DNA from: Pseudomonadota bacterium
GTDB taxonomy: Bacteria > Pseudomonadota > Alphaproteobacteria > Geminicoccales > Geminicoccaceae
Reading direction: 5' to 3'
DNA length: 35,422 nucleotides
Assembly: GCA_048615135.1 (NCBI GenBank)
Contig: JBMCMJ010000001.1
Span: 1 to 35,422 of the forward strand
Positions 16,535 to 24,575 of this stretch are shown here, piece by piece. Below the pieces are notes generated by a model. That model did no database searches. It was given only the letters and a program-made list of their open reading frames with translations, and had not been told where the DNA came from. Position numbers and translations under genes: made by a program. The number at the start of each line of letters is the position of its first letter. The first letter of the stretch is position 1.

Positions 16535-16783
16535 TCAGCGCGCCGCTTCGCCCTCGGCCTCCGCCTCGCCCTCCGCTTCGGCTTCCGCTTCACCCTCGGC
16601 CTCTGCCTCGCCTTCGGCCTCCGCCTCGGCTTCGGCGACGCTGCCGGTGCGGTCGATCCCGCCGGTAGTCGCCGCGGGCGTACATCCGGCGGCGACCACC
16701 GCCAGCATCAGGGGCGCCGCGTACAATAGCCCGCGTGACACCGTCGCCAGCAGCTGCCGCCTGTTCTGCTCGATCTCCGACAT
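16535..16783 (-). CDS. Small (82 aa) twin-arginine-signal-like lipoprotein with a C-terminal (Ala/Gly)-Glu repeat tail (copy 2)
   Basis: Start at 16783 preceded by GGGAGGGA. Sequence: MSEIEQNRRQLLATVSRGLLYAAPLMLAVVAAG/CTPAATTGGIDRTGSV + (A/G-E)x15 + AAR. 24 of 32 leader residues are identical to copy 1. Lipobox-like VAAGC (Cys codon 16682-16684). Confidence 0.75.
   Translation of the reverse strand: MSEIEQNRRQLLATVSRGLLYAAPLMLAVVAAGCTPAATTGGIDRTGSVAEAEAEAEGEAEAEGEAEAEAEGEAEAEGEAAR
16547..16636 (-). repeat. Coding low-complexity repeat GAR-GCN/GGN (units GEAEAE / GEAEAEAE)
   Basis: Minus-strand translation is AEAEAEAEGEAEAEGEAEAEAEGEAEAEGE. Same unit structure as 4082..4207. Confidence 0.9.
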
Positions 16784-16863
16784 GATCCGGTCCCTCCCCA
16801 CTGTGGATGGTTGGTTGGTCATCGTTAGACCGAGCTCGGGAAAGCCAGAAGCCAACGGCGCAT

Positions 16864-16922
16864 CACGATCGCGTCAACCGTCACTAGCGGCGGTCGTTGA
16901 GAGATGTCGGCGGACCTATGCT
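16864..16922. promoter_or_regulatory. Second copy of the conserved two-box module (CACGATCGCGTCA, 37 nt, ACCTATGCT)
   Basis: 13-mer at 16864-16876 and 9-mer at 16914-16922. Spacing is identical to 4437..4495. The module sits 81 nt from the small-gene ATG, against 77 nt at locus 1. Confidence 0.4.
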
Positions 16923-16985
16923 CGGGCTGCCGAATTTGCCTTGCTCGATTTCGGTTTCGGCTCTTTCGACGCGAAAGTGAACGAC

Positions 16986-18440
16986 ATGGCGAGAGACGAA
17001 CGTGGCCTCCGTCTGACCACCTGCAGCGAGTGTGCGGCGCGCGCGTTCGACGATGCGGTGGCGTGCAGTCTCGAATACCGGCTGCGGATCGGTTCGGTGG
17101 TCGGGAGGATGCTGGATGCCGACCCGGACTTCGTCATGGGCCGGGTGCTGGTCGGCTATCTGATGATCGGCCGCGCCACGCCCGCGGGCGTGCAGGAAGC
17201 CCGCGCGGCGTTGGTCGCTGCCGAAGCGTGTGCGGGCGATCACCTGACCCGCCGCGAACACATGCACGTCGCGGCCCTGGCGGCCCTGGTGGCGGGCGAG
17301 CGGCAGCGTGCCTGCCGCATCTGGGAGGAGATCCTGACCGAGCACCCGCGCGACCTGCTCGCGCTGCGGCGGGTCCACCTCGAGAGCTTCTGGCTCGGCG
17401 AGCAGCGGCGGATGCGCGACGTGGTGATGCGCGCGCTGCCGGCCTGGGACGCGGCCGTGCCGCGCTTCGGCGACGTGCTCGGCATGGCCGCCTTCGGCCA
17501 CGAGGAGTTGGGCGACTACGCCACCGCCGAACGGCTCGGCCGGCAGGCCGTCGCGCTCAATCCCGAGGACATGTGGTCGATCCACGCCGTGGCCCACGTC
17601 CTCGAGATGCAGGGCCGCCACGACGAGGGGCTCGGCTGGCTCGACTTCGCCCCCGATCGCTGGGCCGACCGGGCGGCCATGCGCACGCATCTCTGGTGGC
17701 ACAAGGCCCTCTTTCACTTCGAGCGGGGCGAGCTGGACGCGGCCCTCGACCTCTACGACCGGAGCGTCGATCCGGGCCCGGAGATGTTCTACATCGACAT
17801 GCACAACTGCGCCTCGCTGCTCGCCCGGATCGAACTGCTGGGTGGCGACGTCGGCGACCGCTGGGCGAGCCTCGCCGAGCGTGCGGCCCTTTGGGTCGAT
17901 AACCACGAGATGGCCTTCACCGACGTCCACACCATCGTGCCGCTGGCCCGCACCCGACGGCCGGAGGCGACCGAGCATCTGGCCTCGCTCCGGCGGGCGG
18001 CCGCGGCTCCGGGTGAGGCGGCGCGGCGGCTCAAGGAGCACGTCTTGCCGGTGAGCCACGCGATCAACGCCTTCTATGCCGGTGACTACCGCAACGCGAT
18101 CGACCTGCTCCTTCCGCTCGAGGACGACCTCGTGCCCCTCGGCGGCAGCCATGCCCAGCGCGACCTGTTCCATCTGATCCTGTTGGAGAGTGCGCTCCGC
18201 GCCGGCCGCTTCGATCTCGCCCGAGCGCTTGCCGCTGAGCGGGTGATGCTGCGCGAGCACAGCCACGGCAGCTGGCTCAAATTCGCCGAAGCGCTCGAAG
18301 GCCTCGGTGATCACGCGGCCGCACGGCATGCACGCAACAGCGCGGGACCTCGTGGCCATGCCCGATCACGCCCGATGCGCACCCGCCAGCACGCCCGGAT
18401 CGACGAGATGACGATGCCGATCGCGGCGGCGAACGATTAG
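16986..18440 (+). CDS. TTC38-like tetratricopeptide-repeat family protein
   Basis: Internal start MARDERGL. An all-helical TPR-like protein whose pattern (DPDFVMGRVL...HVAALAALVAGE...EILTEHPRDLLALR...WSIHAVAHVLEMQGR..G..WL) matches bacterial TTC38 homologues. Confidence 0.7.
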   Translation: MARDERGLRLTTCSECAARAFDDAVACSLEYRLRIGSVVGRMLDADPDFVMGRVLVGYLMIGRATPAGVQEARAALVAAEACAGDHLTRREHMHVAALAALVAGERQRACRIWEEILTEHPRDLLALRRVHLESFWLGEQRRMRDVVMRALPAWDAAVPRFGDVLGMAAFGHEELGDYATAERLGRQAVALNPEDMWSIHAVAHVLEMQGRHDEGLGWLDFAPDRWADRAAMRTHLWWHKALFHFERGELDAALDLYDRSVDPGPEMFYIDMHNCASLLARIELLGGDVGDRWASLAERAALWVDNHEMAFTDVHTIVPLARTRRPEATEHLASLRRAAAAPGEAARRLKEHVLPVSHAINAFYAGDYRNAIDLLLPLEDDLVPLGGSHAQRDLFHLILLESALRAGRFDLARALAAERVMLREHSHGSWLKFAEALEGLGDHAAARHARNSAGPRGHARSRPMRTRQHARIDEMTMPIAAAND

Positions 18441-18546
18441 GCGAAGACGCCGATTCCGTTGCCGCCACGGCGCTCCGGCGACATGCCGCGCGACCGACCG
18501 GCTGCGGGCTGGTTCGCTCGCGCCACCACGGACCTTGCGAGGAGGC

Positions 18547-18846
18547 TCAGGCCCGCACATAGGCCCAGCCCTCCGCTTGCAAACGAGCGAGTTCGTTAAC
18601 CGCCGACGTCACCGTGCGGATGCCGGGAGGCGGTGCCAAGCCTTGCCGGTCGAGGGTCATGCGGCAAAGCCGGAGATGGCCGTCGGTGCCGGGATCCGGT
18701 CGGGCGAGCGCCGCGCCGACCGCCTCGGCGTTGACGACGAGCAGGATTTCGGCGTCCGGTGCCGCCTCGCGGAGGTTCGCGAGGTTGCGCCGCGCACGCC
18801 CCAGCGCCGCCGGGGTCGGGGCGTGCAGAACGACCCTGAGCGTCAC
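18547..18846 (-). CDS. DsrE/DsrF-like (COG1416-type) small protein
   Basis: GTG start overlaps the ATPase stop (GTGA at 18843-18846). Sequence VTLRVVLHAPTPAALGRARRNLANL....AEILLVVNAEAV....LRLCRMTL......SAVNELARLQAEGWAYVRA fits the DsrE-related pattern. Assignment is from memory. Confidence 0.55.
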   Translation of the reverse strand: MTLRVVLHAPTPAALGRARRNLANLREAAPDAEILLVVNAEAVGAALARPDPGTDGHLRLCRMTLDRQGLAPPPGIRTVTSAVNELARLQAEGWAYVRA

Positions 18847-19604
18847 GTCTCGCCGCCTTCCGCGAACGACGCCGCCAGATCCGCCCTGACCCGGTCGGCG
18901 GCGGCACGCGTGGCGGGAGCATCGCGACGGTGCCCGGGGCCGACCTCGACGGGGTAGGTCTGCAGGATCCGCGCCGGCGAGCCGCCGAGCAGGACGACGC
19001 GATCGCCCAGATAGGCCGCCTCGTCGATGTCGTGGGTGACGAACAGGACGGAGGTGCCGGTTTCCTGCCTTATCCGCACGAGTTCGTCCTGAAGCCGCGC
19101 GCGGGTGATCGCATCGAGCGCCCCGAACGGCTCGTCCATCAGCAGAACGTCGGGCGCGACGGCCAGGGCGCGGGCGATGCCGACACGCTGCCGTTGTCCG
19201 CCCGAAAGCTCGTGTGGCCAGCGCTCGGCCAGATCGGCGAGGCGGACGAGGGCCAGTGCATCGGCCACGCGCCGCTCCCGCGCGGCCCGCGAAGCCACGA
19301 GACCCTCCAGACCGAGGGCGACGTTGGCGGCGACCCGGCGCCACGGCAGCAGGCGAGCCTCCTGGAAGACCATGGCGATGCCGCGGCGGTCGGTGGCAGC
19401 GGGCAGCCGGCGCTCGACGCGTCCCGCCGAAGGGGGCACCAGGCCGGCGACGATCCGCAGGAGGCTCGACTTGCCGGCCCCCGACGCGCCGACCAGGGTG
19501 ACGAACTCGCCTTCGCCGACGACGAGGTCGATGCCGGCGAAGATCGGACCGTTGCCACCCGGAAACGCGAGGGCGACGTCGTCGAGCGCGATCACCGCTG
19601 CCAT
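18843..19604 (-). CDS. ABC transporter ATP-binding protein (NitT/TauT nitrate/sulfonate/taurine family)
   Basis: Walker A GASGAGKSS, signature LSGGQRQRV, Walker B LLMDEPF. Internal start MAAVIALDDV. Confidence 0.9.
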   Translation of the reverse strand: MAAVIALDDVALAFPGGNGPIFAGIDLVVGEGEFVTLVGASGAGKSSLLRIVAGLVPPSAGRVERRLPAATDRRGIAMVFQEARLLPWRRVAANVALGLEGLVASRAARERRVADALALVRLADLAERWPHELSGGQRQRVGIARALAVAPDVLLMDEPFGALDAITRARLQDELVRIRQETGTSVLFVTHDIDEAAYLGDRVVLLGGSPARILQTYPVEVGPGHRRDAPATRAAADRVRADLAASFAEGGET

Positions 19605-20341
19605 CGGAGCACCCGCTTCTGCGCGGCGACGAAGGCCATGTCGCTGAGCCCGTAGAGCAGCGCGATCGTCAGCATGTAGACGAGCACCACGTCGGTCGCG
19701 AGCAATCCCGCGGCCTCCATCATGCGCTGGCCGATGCCGGTGATGCCGAACAACTCGGCGGCGACGACCGTCATCCATCCCTGACCCAGGCCGGCACGCA
19801 GACCCGAGAGCAGCCCCGGCATGGCACCCGGCAGGATCACCTTGAGGAGCCGGGCACGGAGCGAGCGGTGGCCGAACGCGTGGGCAAGCTCGATGAGGTC
19901 CGGATCGACCGCGCGGACGGCCGCGTGGGCGGTGAAGTAGTTGATCCAGAAGATGCCGATCGCGATGATGAAGGCGGCCGCCGTTTCACTCACGCCGAAC
20001 CAGATGATGGCGAAGGGGATCCAGGCGAGCGGCGGGATCGGCCGCAGCATGCGGGCGACCCAAGCCTGGGCCGCGTCGAAATTCGGAAAGAGCGCCACCG
20101 CAATGCCGACCACCACGCCCAGCACCGAGCCGGCGACGAGTCCGACGAGGTAATGACGGAGGCTCGCGAGCACCATCTCGTGCCAGAAGCCCAGTTCGAT
20201 CTCCGCGACGAGTGTCGCCGGCACCGCACTCGGCGGCGGCAGCAGCGAGGAGGCGACGAGGCCACTCGCCGCGACCAATTGCCAGAGGGCCAGGAATCCC
20301 GCGAGCCCGGAAGCGGCGGCGACGTGCCGGCGGTCGATCAT
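19592..20341 (-). CDS. ABC transporter permease (NitT/TauT family)
   Basis: Start MIDRRHVAAASGLAGFLALWQL overlaps the SBP stop (ATGA at 20338-20341). Has the BPD-transporter EAA-type loop (ELAHAFG.S....L.KVILP.A.P). Confidence 0.85.
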   Translation of the reverse strand: MIDRRHVAAASGLAGFLALWQLVAASGLVASSLLPPPSAVPATLVAEIELGFWHEMVLASLRHYLVGLVAGSVLGVVVGIAVALFPNFDAAQAWVARMLRPIPPLAWIPFAIIWFGVSETAAAFIIAIGIFWINYFTAHAAVRAVDPDLIELAHAFGHRSLRARLLKVILPGAMPGLLSGLRAGLGQGWMTVVAAELFGITGIGQRMMEAAGLLATDVVLVYMLTIALLYGLSDMAFVAAQKRVLRWQR

Positions 20342-21366
20342 CGGACCGCCGTGGCCGCCTCGTAGAAGCGCGGCTCGAACAGGTCCGCCAAGGGGACGGG
20401 CCGCGGCAGGGTGCCAAGTTCGCGAGCGAAGTCGTGCATGGTTGCGGTTGCCGCCACGATCGTGCGCGGGTCGGCGACGAACCGGCCATAGGAAGAGCCG
20501 AGCGCGTCTTCGATGGTCTGCAAGGGAATCAGGCCCTGGCCGATCGCCGTGTGGACGTGGCGGGCAGCACGTCTCGGCTCCGTGTTCAGGAGTTCGGTCG
20601 CACGTTGGTGCAAAGCGACGAGCTTCGCCACCACCTCCGGCCGTTCCGCGACCAGATCTTCGCGCACGGCGACGACGGCGCCGGGCTGGTCGGGCAGCAT
20701 CTCCCCACCGGCCGCGACGACATGGGCGTCGTCCAGCCGGCTTTGGATGATGGTCACGATCGGCTCCAGGATCGAGGCAGCGTCCACCGAGCGTGCCAGC
20801 ATGGCCTGCTGGACCTTGTCGGCGCCCATCCCCTTGATGTCGACGTCCTCGGGATCGATCCCTGCCACCTCTGTGAGCCAGTAGCGGAGAACGGTGTCGG
20901 GTACCGAACCGCGCGGCAGGCTGGCGATGGCGGGCTCGCGGCCGGTTTCCTCGGCAAAGGCGCGCACACCGGCCGCCGGGCTTTCGGCATCGCGCATGAT
21001 TTCCGCGAACCGGCCGCGTGCAACGAGGGCGATCTGCTCCACGACGTTCGCCGCCACGACCTTGATCGGCACGCCGTTCGCCCGGGCGACCATCGCCGGG
21101 CCGATCCCGAAATACATGACGTCGAAGCGGCCGGAGGCGATCGCCTGGACGATGGCCGGCCCCGACGAAAACCTGGTGAGTTCGAGGTCGAGCCCGGCCT
21201 CTTCGGTCCACCCCTCGCCCTGCATCACGAACAGCTGCGCCATCGGCAGGATCGGGATGTAGGCGACTTCCAACCGCTCCTGGGCGGTCGCCCGTCCACC
21301 GCCGAGCAGCGCAAGCATCGCCACCAGGAGCCCCGTCGTCAGCAGGTTGATCGTTGATCGCGGCAT
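20338..21366 (-). CDS. ABC transporter substrate-binding protein (NMT1/SsuA/TauA-like)
   Basis: Start MPRSTINLLTTGLLVAMLALLGGG (signal peptide) preceded by AGGAGG. Body: LEVAYIPILPMAQLFV...GRFDVMYFGIGPAMVA. Confidence 0.8.
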   Translation of the reverse strand: MPRSTINLLTTGLLVAMLALLGGGRATAQERLEVAYIPILPMAQLFVMQGEGWTEEAGLDLELTRFSSGPAIVQAIASGRFDVMYFGIGPAMVARANGVPIKVVAANVVEQIALVARGRFAEIMRDAESPAAGVRAFAEETGREPAIASLPRGSVPDTVLRYWLTEVAGIDPEDVDIKGMGADKVQQAMLARSVDAASILEPIVTIIQSRLDDAHVVAAGGEMLPDQPGAVVAVREDLVAERPEVVAKLVALHQRATELLNTEPRRAARHVHTAIGQGLIPLQTIEDALGSSYGRFVADPRTIVAATATMHDFARELGTLPRPVPLADLFEPRFYEAATAVR

Positions 21367-21420
21367 GTGGCGCCTCCTGGAGAATTCCTGGCCCCGAACG
21401 GTAGACCGAAAACTGCACGC

Positions 21421-21465
21421 TTCAATGTAGTAAAATTTTAATATCATCTAAGTAGTGTTAAATAC
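21421..21465 (-). promoter_or_regulatory. AT-rich island upstream of the ABC operon; candidate sigma70-type promoter/operator
   Basis: It is the only strongly AT-rich patch I noticed in the window. On the minus strand: TTAACA (21461-21456), 15 nt, TAAAAT (21440-21435). Contains the perfect palindrome TAAAATTTTA (21431-21440). Lies about 60-100 nt upstream of the ATG at 21366. Confidence 0.35.
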
Positions 21466-21778
21466 GCCGCTTCCGTCTACCGAAAATCGTGCACAACCGC
21501 CCGATTCCGCGATTTTTCGACGAGCAGCCCTCGCGACATCGTGATTTCGGCCCCGGATAAACCTCATCGACCCGGCCAGGACCGCAGGCGTGATGCTCCG
21601 CGAGGCGATCGACAACGACCGCACGAGGATGGGCAAGGAGCATCTTCCCCGCAGCAGGCCGTCCAACCGCAGGCGGCGGATGGGCGCCGGCCGAAGGCGG
21701 CCTTGCTCGACATCGGATCGAGATCGCCGTCCGGATCGCGCGCCTGTCCCGAGCCGCGGTCGACTTCGGCGAAGCGCG

Positions 21779-22387
21779 TCAGCTTCCCGCTCGGGGCACG
21801 CCGCGACTACCGGAACTCGAGACAGGCCTCACCTGTTCGCCGCGGGTAGTCACACCGAGGCCCAGAACGGTCCGGTTGGCGTACGCGAAATAGGCCACGA
21901 CCTGGTTGAGCTCCAGGATCGCACCGTCGTCGAGCCCGGCTTCGCGGAGCGTGTCCACGGCGCTGCGGTGAACCTCGGCCGGAGTCCGGGTCAGGCGCTT
22001 GGCGTAACGCATCATCGCCAGCGACGCTCCGGCCAGGGCATCCTCCGGCCGATCGGCGACGAGCGCCGCCTCGATCACCGCCGCCCGGGCTTCGTCGACC
22101 AGTGCCCGGCGCATGCCGCGGGCATGGTGGGCGACGCAGTAGGTACAGCCGTTGAGGGCGCTGACGTACACGCCGACCGCCTCCAGGAGCCAAGCCGGCG
22201 TGCGGTTGTCCGGGTGGTGCAGCACGGCGCGGTAGAGCGCCAGATGGCCGTCCAGCGTGTGGGGGCGCAGACCGTGGACCTGGATGACGTTGTCCACCGT
22301 GCCGTCGGCGCCGCGGACGCGCTCGTAGAGCCGGCGCAGCCGCCCCTCCGCCAGCTGCGGAACGATCGTGTCGATCCAGCTCATCAC
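21779..22387 (-). CDS. CMD family peroxidase-related protein with CxxC
   Basis: WIDTI...AEGRLRRLYERV....G.VDNVIQVHGLRPHTL, ALNGCTYCVAHH and ELNQVVAYFAYANR are characteristic of the peroxidase-related CMD subgroup. Confidence 0.85.
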   Translation of the reverse strand: MMSWIDTIVPQLAEGRLRRLYERVRGADGTVDNVIQVHGLRPHTLDGHLALYRAVLHHPDNRTPAWLLEAVGVYVSALNGCTYCVAHHARGMRRALVDEARAAVIEAALVADRPEDALAGASLAMMRYAKRLTRTPAEVHRSAVDTLREAGLDDGAILELNQVVAYFAYANRTVLGLGVTTRGEQVRPVSSSGSRGVPRAGS

Positions 22388-22531
22388 GCAGCCCGCCCGA
22401 TCGCGTCCGCACGCCGGCTCGTGCTCACCGACCCGTTCATGACACTTCCCCCCACCCTCCCGAAGCGCTGCGCGTCCACCAGCCGGGACGATGCGGTCGC
22501 CTCGTCGGAGGCCGGCGAGCCGAGGAAGCCC

Positions 22532-23557
22532 TCACAGAAACCGCCGCAGATCGAGCGAGCTCTCCCGGCCGACCCGCTCCGCCCCGTCGGCGAGCCACGC
22601 CTCCGCGCGGCGCCGCCCGAGCGCGAACAGCCAGCGGAGGAAGTGGCGATCGGCATTGAGCTTGGAGGACACGTTCAGCGTCGCGAGTTCGCGCTCCGCC
22701 TCGATGGCGTGCATGTTGAGCCGCTTGTAGCGCCCGCGGTCGAGGTGCCCCTCGTCGATCAGGCGGGTGACGAAGGCGATGGTCCTGAGTTCGCGCATCA
22801 ACGAGCTGTTGAAGCTGACCTCGTTGACCCGATCCATGATTTCGGGCGCGCGCCTCGGCACCTCGTCGATGTCGACCGGGTTGATCTGCACGAGCAGGAT
22901 GTCGGCCGCCGCCGTGTCGTAGATCAGGGGAAAAATCGGCGGATTGCCCATATAGCCGCCGTCCCAATACGCCTCGCCGTCGATCTCGACCGCCCGGAAC
23001 AAAAACGGCAGGCAAGCCGAGGCCAGGACGGCGTCGGCACCGATCTCGCGGCCCTGGAACACCTTGATCTTGCAGGTCTTGACGTTGGTCGCGCAGAGAA
23101 AGAGGCGGACCACGCGGCGCTCGCACTGCTCGCCGAGCCACTCGAAATCGACGACCTCGCGCAGGAGGTCCGCCAGCGGGTTCAGCCCGAGCGGATTGAA
23201 CTCGTAGGGCGACATCGTCCGGCTGAGGGCGTCGAAGGCGATCCAGCTCGGCGAGAAATCCATGTTGCCGACGCTGAGCCAGCGGTCGAGGGGTGTCGGC
23301 TGCAACGGCGACAGGCTCGCGGCAGCCGCGACCCGCTCCCAGAAGGTGGCGAGCGCTTCCCGCGCGCCGTCGTTGCCGCCGCGGGCGAGGCCGTAGGCCA
23401 GCACCGCCGCGTTCATCGCCCCGGCGCTCGTTCCCGAGATGCCCTCGATCGCGAACCGGCCGTCCTCCAGCAATCGGTCGAGCACGCCCCAGGTGAAGGC
23501 GCCATGGGCACCGCCACCTTGGAGCGCCAAGTTGAGCGGTTGGCCCTGCGCGGTCAT
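22532..23557 (-). CDS. Patatin-like phospholipase family protein
   Basis: Oxyanion motif LQGGGAHGAF, nucleophile elbow GTSAG, later catalytic Asp context WDGGY. The ATG overlaps the upstream bdhA stop (ATGA at 23554-23557). Confidence 0.9.
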   Translation of the reverse strand: MTAQGQPLNLALQGGGAHGAFTWGVLDRLLEDGRFAIEGISGTSAGAMNAAVLAYGLARGGNDGAREALATFWERVAAAASLSPLQPTPLDRWLSVGNMDFSPSWIAFDALSRTMSPYEFNPLGLNPLADLLREVVDFEWLGEQCERRVVRLFLCATNVKTCKIKVFQGREIGADAVLASACLPFLFRAVEIDGEAYWDGGYMGNPPIFPLIYDTAAADILLVQINPVDIDEVPRRAPEIMDRVNEVSFNSSLMRELRTIAFVTRLIDEGHLDRGRYKRLNMHAIEAERELATLNVSSKLNADRHFLRWLFALGRRRAEAWLADGAERVGRESSLDLRRFL

Positions 23558-24336
23558 TGCGCGGTCCAGCCGCCGTCCATCGCGAACGCCTGCCCACGGA
23601 TTTCGGCGGCGGCGCCCGAGCAGAGAAAGACGGCCAGATCATCGAGCTGCTCGGGCGTGACGAAGCGCCCGCTCGGCTGCTTCTCGGCGAGCAGCGAACC
23701 CGCTTCGGCCTCGAAGCTCGTGCCCTTCTCCTCGGCTCTCGCCCGGATCTGCGTCTCCACGAGCGGTGTGAGCACCCAGCCCGGGCAGATGGCGTTGCAG
23801 GTCACGCCGGTCCGGGCGCTCTCCAGGGCCACCACCTTGGTGAGCCCGATCACGGCATGCTTGGCCGCGACGTAGGCCGCCTTCTCGGCGCTCGCGACGA
23901 GGCCGTGCACCGAGGCGATGTTGATGATCCGGCCCCAGCCGCGCTCGTACATCGAAGGGATCGCCGCCTTGATCCCGTGGAATACGGCCGATTGGTTGAT
24001 CGCGATGATCGCGTCCCACTTGGCGTCGGGAAACGCCTCGATCCGTGCCGTGTGCTGGATGCCGGCGTTGTTGACCAGAATATCGAGCCGGCCGAAGATC
24101 GCCATGGTCGTCGCGACCAGTTCGCGCACGCCCGCCGCGGTGGCGAGATCGGCTCCACAATAGTCGACGCGAACGCCATGATCGTCCGCGATCTTGTGCC
24201 GGACGTGCTCGATCTCCGCCGGATCGCCGAAGCCGTTGAGCATGATGTCGGCCCCCGCGGCGGCGAGGCGGTGGGCAACGCCGAGCCCGATCCCGCTCGT
24301 GGACCCGGTGATCAGCGCGACATGGTCTCGAAGCAT
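23554..24336 (-). CDS. bdhA: 3-hydroxybutyrate dehydrogenase (SDR family)
   Basis: Start MLRDHVALITGSTSGIGLG preceded by GGGAG. NNAG, YVAAKH and a C-terminal DGGWTAQ. The 260-aa length is typical of BdhA. Confidence 0.85.
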   Translation of the reverse strand: MLRDHVALITGSTSGIGLGVAHRLAAAGADIMLNGFGDPAEIEHVRHKIADDHGVRVDYCGADLATAAGVRELVATTMAIFGRLDILVNNAGIQHTARIEAFPDAKWDAIIAINQSAVFHGIKAAIPSMYERGWGRIINIASVHGLVASAEKAAYVAAKHAVIGLTKVVALESARTGVTCNAICPGWVLTPLVETQIRARAEEKGTSFEAEAGSLLAEKQPSGRFVTPEQLDDLAVFLCSGAAAEIRGQAFAMDGGWTAQ

Positions 24337-24575
24337 GAGGACTCCCGTCGATAAGGACTGGTTCATCACGGTGCCGCGCTCTCGCAGCCGATAGCGCTCA
24401 CCGCAACGCACGAACGCGTGTGCCCTCGGATCACCTGCACGGCCGGGAACGATGGCTCCCGGTCGTTCACGAATCGAGGACCGGTAGCGGAGGCTACGGC
24501 GCAGCGAAGTCCTCTCGGGCGATCGTTCGCGAACCGATCCACGTGTGCTGTGGATGCAGCTGAGGAGCGATCCCG

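Noticed and set aside
22532-23557. Patatin-like lipase together with the nucleotide cyclase and cNMP-binding genes, read as a CBASS-like or other anti-phage signalling system
   Set aside because: There is no CD-NTase, SMODS, TIR or STING-type gene. The cyclase is a class III membrane cyclase 10 kb away. The patatin gene is translationally coupled to bdhA, which points to metabolism.
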